This document shows, piece after piece, positions 30,084-41,065 of a stretch of DNA of 64,000 nt. The stretch is from Chitinophagaceae bacterium (GTDB lineage Bacteria; Bacteroidota; Bacteroidia; Chitinophagales; Chitinophagaceae), in assembly GCA_044353665.1 (NCBI GenBank), contig JBILBN010000002.1, positions 6,263 to 70,262 on the forward strand, given 5' to 3'. Under the pieces are notes generated by a model. The model was not told the DNA's origin. It searched no databases and was given only the letters and a program-made list of their open reading frames with translations. Within the stretch, counting starts at the first letter, position 1. Every line of letters begins with the position of its first letter. The translations under genes and the position numbers were made by a program.

Positions 30084-30613
30084 TACCAATTCATTCTTTC
30101 TTTCAAAGAAGTTATATGGGCTAAATGATGGTTTCCATGCCATGAATATAAACACAACACGTCTTTTATTCTAAATGATTTTTCGTATTGACTATGATAA
30201 TATGTTCTGTTTAAATCATCGGTAGAAAGTGATTTAATAATTTCAATTATTTTTAAATGTACTGCAAAAAGAATCGTAATCGAATTATTAAAAGGCAAAT
30301 TATAATCTGGAAGTTGAGCCCACAAACTTTCGATATAAGGCTTTATGGTTGGGTTATTTTCTGTTAAGGCTAATTTTATTCTGATTAAACAATTCATGTG
30401 ACTGTCGGCACAATGATGAATGACTTGATTAACCGTCCAACCACCCTCTCGATAAGGTGTGTTTAATTGAAACTCCAACAAACTTTGAACCGCTAATTCT
30501 AATCGTTTTGGAAACGTTTCAATATTTAAAATAAATTCTTTCAATTCATTTTCTGTATAATCTTCTTGATAAATACATTGCCCAATTGGGTATTTTAATT
30601 TTTCTAATTCCAT
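30083..30613 (-). CDS. DinB/YfiT-family metal-dependent hydrolase or thiol transferase
   Basis: 176 aa. Contains ...YREGGWTVNQVIHHCADSHMN...WHGNHHLAHI, the His-triad pattern of the YfiT/DinB superfamily. Confidence 0.8.
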   Translation of the reverse strand: MELEKLKYPIGQCIYQEDYTENELKEFILNIETFPKRLELAVQSLLEFQLNTPYREGGWTVNQVIHHCADSHMNCLIRIKLALTENNPTIKPYIESLWAQLPDYNLPFNNSITILFAVHLKIIEIIKSLSTDDLNRTYYHSQYEKSFRIKDVLCLYSWHGNHHLAHITSLKERMNW

Positions 30614-30736
30614 GTTTTATTCTTGAGTTTTGGGACAATATATATTTATTAATTCATCAATTTTTGTTTCAGTGATATTCATTGGATAATAATTATCTAT
30701 AGCTAAATATTTAATTTGTTCTCAATTATAAAATAA

Positions 30737-33700
30737 TTATAATTTACCTACTAAACTATCGATTATTATTTTCTTTTGATTGCGTTTCTTTTTAGATAAA
30801 AATAGTTCTCTAAACGAGTTAAACGATTTTTTATAAGAAATACCTACTCCACCTTTTGCCGGATTGTTCCCAGCTAAATCGGATGTATTATTTGCAAACG
30901 TATTTAATCGTAATCGTCCATCATCGGTTAACAACATTTGTGCCTTAAAATCTCCATTTAAATTATTGCTTGATGTATTATTAGTAGTTCCTTGAGCGCC
31001 TACGTCAACACTGCTTCCAACATCTAATATTACTCTATCTTTAAACAAATTGGTAGTTACATTAAACTTAAATTCATTTCGTTGAATACGGTCTAAATCA
31101 TTGTAATTTGTGGAGTTTTGATAGGCTACATTCAAGGATATATTTGTCCAGCCTGTAATATTTTGAAACTGATTCGTTATTTCATTAGACAACGCAGCGC
31201 TTACTAAATCAGATACTGTAGAAACGGCTCCTTGTCCATAAGCATTTGTACTAGCCAACCCTTCTGATGATTTAAAATCATTAAACAATAACAATACACC
31301 TGCTTGAGCAATTAGTTCATTTTCATTATTTTTTATTTGCTCTAATTTACTATACGCTGATGTCCCTACTGCTTTATTATCAGGCTGCGTAATGTCAAAT
31401 TTAATGTCTGGCTGCAAAAGCGAATTCGTCATTAATATAGAAACAAACGTAGGATATACTTTTTTGGCTTCTGTTAAATCGGCACCTTCTACCTGACCAA
31501 TCACTAAAGGATATAATGCTTTTTTTTGTGGTAATTTATAGATGGCTTTTATGTTCATATTTGCATTTAAGGCATCCCCATTCCATACAATTTTACTACC
31601 TTCATCAATGATGAATTCTTTGTTAAACAATCCTCTAAAATTAAATAAATATTTCCCTTCGGTAATTTGATAAGTACCATTCATATCAATTGAATTCCCT
31701 AAATCGATGACCAACCGAATATCTCCATTTCCTTTTGCTACAATTTCTTCCCCTGTATTCGCGTCTAAAATAATTGAAGTTTCTGCATCAGGTGTTGCAT
31801 CAATATTCATATTTAATTTTACATAGCTCGACCTTCTTTTCTTATTATTTTGTTCTTTTTGGTAGCGTCCAAATTGTTTATAATGTACAAATTCATACGT
31901 TGAAGCATCACCTTTAGAATTAATTGGGAGAAAGAATTTTGATCCTTTTAAAGGTTTAACATCCATGTCTACATTAATATCATTTAGCTCTCCTGCTAAA
32001 TCAACATTTATTTTTGCAGGCACATATCCATAAAACAATTCATTATCATATTCTTTCGTATTCAAACATAAAAGATCATTTGATTTTATATTAAAATTTA
32101 AAAAGAAATTGGTAAAATTATCATGCGTTATATATCCTTTCACCAATCCCTGATAGTTTCCGATTCGCTCATCTTTCAAATAAAAATCATTCATCTCGAT
32201 ATAATGATTATTAAATTTTAATTTTGCATCCTCTATGGAATAGGTTGTGCCTAAGAAAATAACTTTTACGGTTGCTTTATCTAGATTAATTGCACCAGAT
32301 ATTTTAGGCTCATTCAATCGACCTTTAACGGTTACATTGCCGGTGGCTAGTCCTTTTAAATTTTGAATATATTCCGACAAAAATTGATTTAAAAAGGAAA
32401 TACTTTGTTTGTTTAATGAAGCTTCAATATCAATTGTGCTGTCTTTTGCATTAATGTTTCCTGCCACATGAGCAAAATTTTGATTCCGTTCAATACTCGT
32501 ATTTTTGTCTATATCTACCATTTTATTTTCAACATCATAGCTTGCTATTATTTTTACAAACCCAAGGGTATCATTATTGATACGCACTTCGTTATCAGAA
32601 TAAATAGTTGATTTAATGTATGGCTTATTAGTAAAGTCTTTTATTTGCACCTTACCACTCAATCGCCCATAATATCGAGGATTAGCCGATGTGTAATCTG
32701 AAATACTTTCTAAATCAATATCGTATAAATTAATTCTTACATTATTGACCAAACTGTTTTCCGAATTGATTGTAATTCGTTGTGCCCCATTTTCGATTAC
32801 CACATCTTGAAATAAAATTTCTTTCCCAATCACTATATTTTGATTACTGTAAAATTGCCAACTGTCATTTTTAAAACTAATTTTTGAAGGCAATAAATTG
32901 AGGTATAAATTATTTTTTAATGCCGTTGCTTTACAATTGATAGACGCATCGCCAAGCAAATCATTAATACTTTGCGTATTGATAGAAAGTGATGCCGTAT
33001 CATTTGCCATGCTGGAGTTTATTTGCATGGATGGAATGATGACTTCTTCATTATAAAATAAATTTTCGGTGGTTGCGTTGAAATCTAGACTATTAAAATC
33101 ACCTCCTCCAACTAACACTATATTTTTTATTTTCAAATCGTCATATCCTAATGATGGGATATTGGCATCTAAAACCATTTTATGGTTGATTGTATTTAAT
33201 TCACCATTGATTGTTGTTCCTGTTATGCCGTTAAATGATGGAATAAATGTTTTCAAAATAGAATCCGCATCTTTTACGGTTGTATTAAATACAAATGCTT
33301 GATCTTTAAAATGGGTAGTAGGCAGTGAAATATATTCGGGCAAATAATGATGCATATAAATTTGAAATGCATTACCTAATTCTGAAATATTAAATTCCCC
33401 TTTGAGTTCTGCATCAACAATTGAACTGGTTAAACGCAACGTTTTTTCATTATTGACATTAAAGGATTCTAACAACAATTCATCCACATAAATTTTTCGT
33501 TCACCATTTTTAATACTGATATTTTTAAGTAAGGCTGAGCCCGTAAAATTATCAATATTGTCGCCTGTAAAATTTAGAATAGCTAAGCCTGATGCAATAA
33601 TAGGCTCTTTCGTAATTCCCATTTTTTGCAAATTGATGCTAATAAATCGGGAGTTAAAATTATAAGAAGGTTGCTTACCGCTGAGGTCTAATTTACCATT

Positions 33701-35503
33701 AAAGTTCAGCGCTAAATTTTCATCTTGTGAAACAAAAATTCCATCGAATTTCATTTTGGCAACTAAACCATTAATCGTCAAATTATGGTAAGTATTTCCT
33801 TCAACATCGATTCGTTGTAGGGTTGCATTTATTTTTGCATCTAAGGAATTCATATCGAAACCTTGTCCATCTACTTTGCCATTCATGCTTAAAACGCCTA
33901 TCGTTTTTTGCTTTACCAATTTACCTAATTGCAAGTTATTTGTTTGAAGCGATCCTTTGTAGGTAGGATTTTTAGGCTTTAAATTCATATTTAAATCCAC
34001 AATAGTATTCCCTAATGTTGTATTCAAAGTTCCTTTAGTATTAAATTCATCTACCTTGCCTTTATAGTTTCCTATAAATTCAATTTTCTTTAAATCGGTC
34101 CAAGCGATAGCATCAGTTTTGGTTTGTGGAATGAGCTTGTTTAAATCAGTACCACTCGTCAAAAGCGCTTTAGATTCTACATCAAAAATCGAATGATCAA
34201 CATCAGGCAAGCCTACAACATGTGCGTTTCCTTTAAATGAAGTATTCAATGTAGAAAGCACAATGTTTTTTGCTGACATATCTCTAACAGTTCCATCAAA
34301 ATCACCTGCAATTTTTACAGCAATAGGATATTCATTTAAAATATTCGCAAAATAACCAACATCTAACGACGATACTGAAGAATTTTTCAACGAAGCGGTC
34401 ATCCTCACTTTGTCTATGTAATCATTAAAATTATGAAAATTTTTGTAGCGCATTTCATAATACGCTGACAATGTAGAATTGTCGGTTTTTAATAATAAAT
34501 TGGACAACACACTTTGCACTTGTGATACTCTTGCTTTCGCACTCATTTCATTAATAGAAATTCCACAACGCTCTTTTGCTGTCATATTTTTTATATCCGA
34601 AAAAATAGTATCGGCAATTACTACTGTATTTTCTAGATCAATATTTAAATTGGTAATGCCTAAATGACTTTCGTCAAACTCGGTTAATTTAGGTATTTGC
34701 TTTCCATCGTTATAATTAAATGTTGATTTTTCTAACGTAATTTTTTTAACAGACAATGAAAAAAAATCTGGATTAAATGGCGTGCCCCATTCTGTAGAAT
34801 CAATTACTTTTATTCGCTTTGGTCGATTGCCTGTATATTCTTTTACATCAATATTGGCTTCATGAATTAAGATTTCAGCGAGATTAATTTTCTTTTTGTC
34901 TAAATCCAATTCATCCACCTTCAAATTTAATGCTGCAATAGCAAAACGCATATCCTCTCCCACCCAAGCATCATCCATGTAGAATTTTACATTTTTCAAT
35001 GCCACATTTTTTAAATCAATTTTAGGATTTGAGGAAGCCGTTTTTTCTTTTTTAGGTTGAGGCTTTTCAATCGTAGAAGTATCTTTTTTCGATTCTACAT
35101 TTAATGCAATTGCAATAAAATCATAATTCCAAATTGAATCTTTTGATCGATTTAAAAATACGTTGGCATTTTGGATAGTCACATTATGAATTACTGAAGT
35201 TTCATCATTCCAATAATTACTCAATAATTCGCTGGTTTTCAATTGTAGATTTCCAATATAAGCCAAGGTATCTTTTTTATCATCTTGAATATAAATACCA
35301 TTTATATTAAACTTATTGAAAAAAGAAAAATTAACATGATTAATTTCAACTTTAGTGTGCAATTTATCAGACAAATAAGTAGTTGCTTTTTTCACTAAAA
35401 TATTTTGATATTTTTCTTTCGTAAGCAAATACAAACCTATGACTATCAGTAAAATGACAGTCAACAAGAAAAAGCCTATTATTTTAAAAAAGCGTTTCAA
35501 CAT
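30737..35503 (-). CDS. tamB: Translocation and assembly module protein TamB-like (AsmA/DUF490 family)
   Basis: 1588 aa. N-terminal TM anchor, a long beta-rich body and a C-terminal DUF490-like region (...LNGDFKAQMLLTDDGRLRLNTF...GGVGISYKKSF). Confidence 0.8.
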   Translation of the reverse strand: MLKRFFKIIGFFLLTVILLIVIGLYLLTKEKYQNILVKKATTYLSDKLHTKVEINHVNFSFFNKFNINGIYIQDDKKDTLAYIGNLQLKTSELLSNYWNDETSVIHNVTIQNANVFLNRSKDSIWNYDFIAIALNVESKKDTSTIEKPQPKKEKTASSNPKIDLKNVALKNVKFYMDDAWVGEDMRFAIAALNLKVDELDLDKKKINLAEILIHEANIDVKEYTGNRPKRIKVIDSTEWGTPFNPDFFSLSVKKITLEKSTFNYNDGKQIPKLTEFDESHLGITNLNIDLENTVVIADTIFSDIKNMTAKERCGISINEMSAKARVSQVQSVLSNLLLKTDNSTLSAYYEMRYKNFHNFNDYIDKVRMTASLKNSSVSSLDVGYFANILNEYPIAVKIAGDFDGTVRDMSAKNIVLSTLNTSFKGNAHVVGLPDVDHSIFDVESKALLTSGTDLNKLIPQTKTDAIAWTDLKKIEFIGNYKGKVDEFNTKGTLNTTLGNTIVDLNMNLKPKNPTYKGSLQTNNLQLGKLVKQKTIGVLSMNGKVDGQGFDMNSLDAKINATLQRIDVEGNTYHNLTINGLVAKMKFDGIFVSQDENLALNFNGKLDLSGKQPSYNFNSRFISINLQKMGITKEPIIASGLAILNFTGDNIDNFTGSALLKNISIKNGERKIYVDELLLESFNVNNEKTLRLTSSIVDAELKGEFNISELGNAFQIYMHHYLPEYISLPTTHFKDQAFVFNTTVKDADSILKTFIPSFNGITGTTINGELNTINHKMVLDANIPSLGYDDLKIKNIVLVGGGDFNSLDFNATTENLFYNEEVIIPSMQINSSMANDTASLSINTQSINDLLGDASINCKATALKNNLYLNLLPSKISFKNDSWQFYSNQNIVIGKEILFQDVVIENGAQRITINSENSLVNNVRINLYDIDLESISDYTSANPRYYGRLSGKVQIKDFTNKPYIKSTIYSDNEVRINNDTLGFVKIIASYDVENKMVDIDKNTSIERNQNFAHVAGNINAKDSTIDIEASLNKQSISFLNQFLSEYIQNLKGLATGNVTVKGRLNEPKISGAINLDKATVKVIFLGTTYSIEDAKLKFNNHYIEMNDFYLKDERIGNYQGLVKGYITHDNFTNFFLNFNIKSNDLLCLNTKEYDNELFYGYVPAKINVDLAGELNDINVDMDVKPLKGSKFFLPINSKGDASTYEFVHYKQFGRYQKEQNNKKRRSSYVKLNMNIDATPDAETSIILDANTGEEIVAKGNGDIRLVIDLGNSIDMNGTYQITEGKYLFNFRGLFNKEFIIDEGSKIVWNGDALNANMNIKAIYKLPQKKALYPLVIGQVEGADLTEAKKVYPTFVSILMTNSLLQPDIKFDITQPDNKAVGTSAYSKLEQIKNNENELIAQAGVLLLFNDFKSSEGLASTNAYGQGAVSTVSDLVSAALSNEITNQFQNITGWTNISLNVAYQNSTNYNDLDRIQRNEFKFNVTTNLFKDRVILDVGSSVDVGAQGTTNNTSSNNLNGDFKAQMLLTDDGRLRLNTFANNTSDLAGNNPAKGGVGISYKKSFNSFRELFLSKKKRNQKKIIIDSLVGKL

Positions 35504-35737
35504 TTATTCAATTACAAAAATAGTTTTAAGAATTTAATAAAAGTGCAATATTTAGGAATAATGCTGTTACAAACGATAAATAACATAATTTTAGAAAATG
35601 ACAAGATGAAAATTATATGTACAATTTCTGTGCTTATCTATTTTTTAAATTTAAGTAGCCTATAAAATGTGGTCAATTATCGAAAGTGAATTTGCAAACA
35701 AACTATTTTTATGAAAAATATGTCTTAATTTTAAAAT

Positions 35738-36133
35738 ATGAAAATGAAAACAAAGCTCATTATTTTATTACTCCTTATTGTAACTACGAGTTTTAGTTGT
35801 AAAAAGAAATCTAAAGCAGGTTTAGGTGGAAATGCCAATTTAAAAGTTGCTGCACAACATCATGGTTTAATAATCGATAGTTGCACAATTTCTATAAAAT
35901 TTAATTCGTTAGATGCTCCAAGCGATGGCGTGTATGACTTGACTCAAAAAGTAAGCAAAGGCAACGCTGGAGATAGCTACACTATTTTTAAAGGATTAAA
36001 AGCTGGCGATTATTATGTATATGGAATTGGTTGGGATCCTTCAATTTCAAACAATGTAAAAGGCGGCATTCCTTATACAATTGATAATGAAACCGATTTG
36101 AGTATTATTGTTCCTGTGACGGAGACGCATTAA
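35738..36133 (+). CDS. Hypothetical small lipoprotein
   Basis: 131 aa. Signal peptide plus lipobox (LLLLIVTTSFSC). Confidence 0.65.
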   Translation: MKMKTKLIILLLLIVTTSFSCKKKSKAGLGGNANLKVAAQHHGLIIDSCTISIKFNSLDAPSDGVYDLTQKVSKGNAGDSYTIFKGLKAGDYYVYGIGWDPSISNNVKGGIPYTIDNETDLSIIVPVTETH

Positions 36134-36135
36134 AT

Positions 36136-38250
36136 TTACTTCACCACCTCCATTTCATCAATCAACCATTTGGCACCACCAAATTTTTCGATGATGAATA
36201 ATGTGTAACGAACATCTAATGTAATGTTTCGGCAAAGGTTAATATCATACATTATATCACTCATAGTTCCTTCCCAAATGCGGTCAAAATTGGTTCCAAT
36301 TAATTCTCCATTTGCATTCAACACTGGACTTCCGGAGTTTCCACCTGTAGTATGATTAGAGGCTAAAAATGCCAAAGGAACCGTTGGTTTACCATCTACC
36401 TCAATGGCATAATCGCCATAATCTTTGGACTCGTGTAACTCCATTAATTTCTTTGGCATTTGAAACTCTTCTACATTCGGATTGTGCTTTCTTACAGCAC
36501 CATCAAGGGTTGTGTAATAATCGTAGCGCATTCCATCTTGAGGTTTCAAACCTTCTACTTGTCCATAAGAAACACGAAGTGTAGAGTTTGCATCTGGATA
36601 AAATTGTTCTCCTTCTTTATATTCTTTTAAAGCCGAAATGTATTTTCCATACAAGCCGTTTAATTTCAATAAATGTGCTTTTAAGGTGATCAAATTTTCT
36701 TTTTGTAATTTATCGAAGTATGAATAAACGATGTACGCAGGATCACTTTTTATTGCCGAAATAATTTTATTTTTTTTTGTACCTGACATTAATATTTTAA
36801 AACTATTTGTATCACCAATGAATGAATTATTATAGATTTTATAAACCATGGCATCGCTTACCATATCATTATTTTCTATATCATTTCTATATATTTTAAA
36901 CAAGTCGAGCGCAATTTTATAGTCTGTATTTTTATTGATTGATTGATAAAAACCGGATAGTTCTTTGTTGTAAATTTTTAATTTCGACAAGTCTTTCAAG
37001 GTATCCACAGCTTTTAAGATTGAATTATAAATGTTACCTTTTTTCAACATTTCACTTGCCCAAATCGATTCATTGATATATTCATTCAATTTTATTGACG
37101 TGTTTTGAGCTTCATAGTTTGTTGTGAAATCAGCAATGATTTTTCCGTATTTTTCTTTACGAAATTCATCCGAATTTACCCAAGCCATAAATTCGGTTTC
37201 TTCTTGTTGTTTTTTAACGATGGCATTATTTAATTGCAATCCTAATAATTCGCCTTTCCATTTTTTATAGTAATTCGCAATTCCTGCTTGTTTTGAAGCA
37301 TATTTAATGAAGTTTTCTTCACTTTCTTTCATGTCTGCTTCCATAATGTTCAATCGTTTTTCACGAATTTTTATTCTTGCAGGATCCAATGTATTCATCA
37401 CTTCTGCAACGCCATTGCTGGTTAAATATTCATTAGTACGACCAGGAAAACCATATACCCAAGTAAAATCGCCTTCCTCTACTCCACCAATATTTATTTT
37501 CATGGAACGACGTGGCACAAAAGGCACATTGTCTTTCGAAAAATCAGCTGGTTTATTTTCTTTATTGGCATAAATTCTAAAAACACCAAAATCGCCTGTA
37601 TGACGAGGCCATGCCCAATTATCGGTATCGCCACCAAATTTGCCTATGCCATTTGGAGGAAAACCTACTAAACGAATGTCATTGTATTTTTCGGTAATGA
37701 ACATATAATACTCATTGTCTGAATAAAATGATTTGATTTGCGCACCATAACCAGTGCTCGCTTTTGTTTCTTTTTCTATATTAGCGATGTTTTCAAACAC
37801 GATTCTGTTTTTTGTAGAATCAGCCATTTCATCTAAAACACCTGCTTTTACGAGTGTTGTTACATCGTCAATGCGAACAATAAATGTCACACTCAAACCA
37901 GGGCATGGCAATTCTTCTTGATTATTCATTGCCCAAAAACCATTTAATAAATAGTTGTGGTCAACACTACTCAAACCTTGCACAGCGCCATATCCACAAT
38001 GATGATTCGTTAAAACTAATCCTTTATCTGAAATTACTTCACCTGTGCAACCTCCACCAAAAATCACTACAGCATCTTTCAAACTTCCTTCATTGATATC
38101 ATATATATCTGAAGCCTTAATTTTCATGCCCATTTGGCGCATTTCCTTTTCATTCATATGCTGTAAAAGAAAAGGCAACCACATACCTTCTTTCGCAAAT
38201 ATGGAAGATGTGTATAAAAAAACAAGGGTAAAAAGTAATTTAGATTTCAT
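36136..38250 (-). CDS. S46-family dipeptidyl peptidase (DPP7/DPP11-like)
   Basis: 704 aa. KEGMWLP after the signal peptide, TNHHCG (catalytic His) and GGNSGSPV (catalytic Ser) are hallmarks of peptidase family S46. Confidence 0.9.
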   Translation of the reverse strand: MKSKLLFTLVFLYTSSIFAKEGMWLPFLLQHMNEKEMRQMGMKIKASDIYDINEGSLKDAVVIFGGGCTGEVISDKGLVLTNHHCGYGAVQGLSSVDHNYLLNGFWAMNNQEELPCPGLSVTFIVRIDDVTTLVKAGVLDEMADSTKNRIVFENIANIEKETKASTGYGAQIKSFYSDNEYYMFITEKYNDIRLVGFPPNGIGKFGGDTDNWAWPRHTGDFGVFRIYANKENKPADFSKDNVPFVPRRSMKINIGGVEEGDFTWVYGFPGRTNEYLTSNGVAEVMNTLDPARIKIREKRLNIMEADMKESEENFIKYASKQAGIANYYKKWKGELLGLQLNNAIVKKQQEETEFMAWVNSDEFRKEKYGKIIADFTTNYEAQNTSIKLNEYINESIWASEMLKKGNIYNSILKAVDTLKDLSKLKIYNKELSGFYQSINKNTDYKIALDLFKIYRNDIENNDMVSDAMVYKIYNNSFIGDTNSFKILMSGTKKNKIISAIKSDPAYIVYSYFDKLQKENLITLKAHLLKLNGLYGKYISALKEYKEGEQFYPDANSTLRVSYGQVEGLKPQDGMRYDYYTTLDGAVRKHNPNVEEFQMPKKLMELHESKDYGDYAIEVDGKPTVPLAFLASNHTTGGNSGSPVLNANGELIGTNFDRIWEGTMSDIMYDINLCRNITLDVRYTLFIIEKFGGAKWLIDEMEVVK

Positions 38251-38385
38251 GTTATATTATTTTCGTATTTTTAAAAAATTGTTGGCAATTGTCTGATGAC
38301 AGTTGTCGTAAAAGGCTAAATTATAAATTAAAAATGAATTTTAGCGTCTTTAAAAAATAAGAATTTAAAACTTTTAACAAAAAAA

Positions 38386-38420
38386 CAGATATCGAATATC
38401 TGACATCAGACATCATTTAA
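38386..38420. repeat. Heptad array CAGATAT CGAATAT CTGACAT CAGACAT CATTTAA upstream of tdk
   Basis: Five C-initiated 7-nt units ending 5 nt before the tdk ATG. Shares the 10-mer ATCTGACATC with the array upstream of cas2. Confidence 0.75.
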
Positions 38421-38425
38421 AGAAA

Positions 38426-38989
38426 ATGTTTATAGAACCTAACATACGACAATCGAAAAAAGGCTGGATAGAAGTAGTTTGTGGTTCTATGTTTAGTGGA
38501 AAAACAGAAGAGTTAATCCGTAGACTTCGAAGGGCGCAAATAGCCAATTTAAAAGTAGAAATTTTTAAACCTACTGTTGACACTCGTTATGATGAAACTG
38601 ATATTGTTTCGCACAATGATACTCGTATAAAAAGCACTCCTGTCGAAAATTCTCAACAAATTTTATTATTGGCACAAGAAGTAGATGTTGTTGGCATTGA
38701 TGAAGCTCAATTTTTTGACGAAGAAATGCCCAATGTTGCTGAAGCATTGGCAAGTAGAGGTATTCGTGTAATTGTTGCAGGTTTAGATATGGATTTTTTA
38801 GGTCGTCCTTTTGGCCCCATGCCACAAGCATTGGCTATGGCTGATTACGTTACTAAATTACATGCAATTTGTATGGTTTGTGGTGACATTGCTAATTTTA
38901 GTTATCGAAAAACGGTTTCAGATGCAACTGTTTTATTAGGAGAAAAAGACGTGTATGAACCTCGTTGTAGAACTTGTTATCATTTATAA
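38426..38989 (+). CDS. tdk: Thymidine kinase
   Basis: 187 aa. P-loop [14 protein letters not shown], ...VGIDEAQFF..., and a C-terminal zinc-ribbon cysteine pattern C.VCG...C..C. Confidence 0.95.
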   Translation: MFIEPNIRQSKKGWIEVVCGSMFSGKTEELIRRLRRAQIANLKVEIFKPTVDTRYDETDIVSHNDTRIKSTPVENSQQILLLAQEVDVVGIDEAQFFDEEMPNVAEALASRGIRVIVAGLDMDFLGRPFGPMPQALAMADYVTKLHAICMVCGDIANFSYRKTVSDATVLLGEKDVYEPRCRTCYHL

Positions 38990-39103
38990 TTTACTTTAAA
39001 AAATTGCCACTTTTGATTACCATCTAATTTTAGTATTATTTTCTGATATCAATATAATGGAAATCTCTAGTAAAGAAAAATACTATATTTGTCAATATTA
39101 TAT

Positions 39104-40159
39104 ATGGCAAAAAATATTTTAATAACAGGTGGTGCAGGTTTTATTGGCTCACATGTCGTTCGTCGATTTGTGAATAATTATCCTCAATATAAAATTTTCA
39201 ATTTAGATGCATTGACTTATGCAGGTAATTTAGAAAATTTAAAAGATATTGAATCGAAAGAAAATTATACTTTCATTAAAGGAAATATTTGTGATGCAGA
39301 TTTAGTTGACAAAATTTTTCAAGAAAAAAATATTGACACGGTGATTCATTTAGCTGCCGAAAGTCATGTGGATAGAAGTATTACAGACCCATTGGCATTT
39401 GTACAAACGAATGTAATTGGAACAGCAAATTTACTAAATTCAGCAAGAAAATTTTGGAATAATAATTACGAACATAAATTATTTTATCATGTTTCAACTG
39501 ATGAAGTTTATGGTAGTTTAGGCGATACTGGTTTCTTTTATGAAACAACTGCTTATGACCCAAGAAGCCCCTACTCAGCCAGTAAAGCAGGAAGCGATCA
39601 TTTGGTAATGGCATTTTATCATACCTATCATATGCCTATAGTTATTAGTAACTGCTCTAACAATTATGGTCCCAATCATTTCCCCGAAAAATTAATCCCT
39701 TTATCTATTAATAACATTTTACAAAACAAACCATTGCCTATTTATGGCAAAGGAGAAAATGTGAGAGACTGGCTATATGTATTAGATCATGCGACTGCAA
39801 TAGACACAATTTTACATAAAGGAAAAATTGGCGAAACCTATAATATTGGTGGGCATAATGAATGGATGAATATTGATTTAATTCGATTATTATGTAAAAT
39901 AATGGATGTAAAATTAGGAAGAGAAAAAGGAACCAATGAAAAATTAATTACGTTTGTTACGGATAGAGCCGGGCATGATTTACGCTATGCAATTGATGCG
40001 ACAAAATTAAAAGAAGAATTAGAATGGACGCCTAGTTTACAATTTGAAGAAGGACTAAATAAAACAGTTGATTGGTATTTAGAAAATTCAGAATGGTTAA
40101 AAAATGTGACGAGTGGAGAATATGCTAATTATTATGATAAACAATATCATCAAAACTAA
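39104..40159 (+). CDS. rfbB: dTDP-glucose 4,6-dehydratase
   Basis: Contains MAKNILITGGAGFIGSH...STDEVYG...YSASKA. I chose the ATG at 39104 rather than the TTG at 39089 in the track. Confidence 0.93.
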   Translation: MAKNILITGGAGFIGSHVVRRFVNNYPQYKIFNLDALTYAGNLENLKDIESKENYTFIKGNICDADLVDKIFQEKNIDTVIHLAAESHVDRSITDPLAFVQTNVIGTANLLNSARKFWNNNYEHKLFYHVSTDEVYGSLGDTGFFYETTAYDPRSPYSASKAGSDHLVMAFYHTYHMPIVISNCSNNYGPNHFPEKLIPLSINNILQNKPLPIYGKGENVRDWLYVLDHATAIDTILHKGKIGETYNIGGHNEWMNIDLIRLLCKIMDVKLGREKGTNEKLITFVTDRAGHDLRYAIDATKLKEELEWTPSLQFEEGLNKTVDWYLENSEWLKNVTSGEYANYYDKQYHQN

Positions 40160-40165
40160 AAGAAA

Positions 40166-41029
40166 ATGAAAGGAATTATATTAGCAGGAGGCTCAGGCAC
40201 TCGATTATACCCAATAACTAAGGCCATTTCGAAACAACTAATGCCTATTTATGATAAACCCATGATTTATTACCCACTGTCGGTTTTAATGATGGCAGGT
40301 ATAAATGAAATTTTAATAATTACCACACCCGAAGACAATGAGCAATTCATTCGACTTTTAGGAGATGGTTCTGATATTGGATGTAAAATTACCTATGCCA
40401 AACAAGAAGTTCCAAATGGGTTGGCTCAAGCATTCGTAATTGGAGAAGAGTTTATTGGCAATGATAAAGTAGCATTGATTTTAGGTGATAATATTTTTTA
40501 TGGTAGTGGTTTAGGACGTCAATTGCAAACCCTACAAAATGTAGTAGGAGGTTATGTGTTTGCATACCCTGTTTCTGACCCCGAACGATATGGTGTTGTT
40601 GAATTTGATGAAAATTTTAATGCGAAATCCATAGAAGAAAAGCCACTCAATCCAAAGTCGAATTATGCTGTTCCTGGTTTGTATTTTTACGACAACACAG
40701 TTGTTCAAATTGCTAAAGACTTAAAACCTTCTGCTAGAGGTGAATATGAGATTACAGATGTCAATAAAATTTATTTAGCGCAAGGAAATCTAAACGTTGC
40801 TGTTTTAGATAGAACCACTGCATGGCTGGATACTGGAACGTTTGATAGTTTGCACGATGCCTCAGAATTTGTACGTGTTATTGAAAAACGACAAGGAACA
40901 AAAATTGGTTGCATTGAAGAAATTGCCTTTGTAATGAAATATATAGATGAGGCACAATTACAAAAACTTGGAGAGAAACTTATAAAAAGTGGCTATGGTG
41001 ACTATTTACTAAATCTTATCAAAAATTAA
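40166..41029 (+). CDS. rfbA: Glucose-1-phosphate thymidylyltransferase
   Basis: 287 aa. [39 protein letters not shown]... is canonical RmlA. Confidence 0.96.
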   Translation: MKGIILAGGSGTRLYPITKAISKQLMPIYDKPMIYYPLSVLMMAGINEILIITTPEDNEQFIRLLGDGSDIGCKITYAKQEVPNGLAQAFVIGEEFIGNDKVALILGDNIFYGSGLGRQLQTLQNVVGGYVFAYPVSDPERYGVVEFDENFNAKSIEEKPLNPKSNYAVPGLYFYDNTVVQIAKDLKPSARGEYEITDVNKIYLAQGNLNVAVLDRTTAWLDTGTFDSLHDASEFVRVIEKRQGTKIGCIEEIAFVMKYIDEAQLQKLGEKLIKSGYGDYLLNLIKN

Positions 41030-41065
41030 TTTAAATTTTATTACTTTCGCAAGAATCTAATTAAT

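Noticed and set aside
33069-34667. Short plus-strand ORFs inside tamB (33069..33302, 34479..34667), together with ORFs inside the S46 peptidase, cas9 and the giant repeat protein (for example 36369..38296, 48555..48899, 50108..50361, 50935..51126, 51838..52044, 56305..58035 and 58976..59170).
   Set aside because: These are shadow ORFs within long, motif-supported genes on the opposite strand or in another frame.
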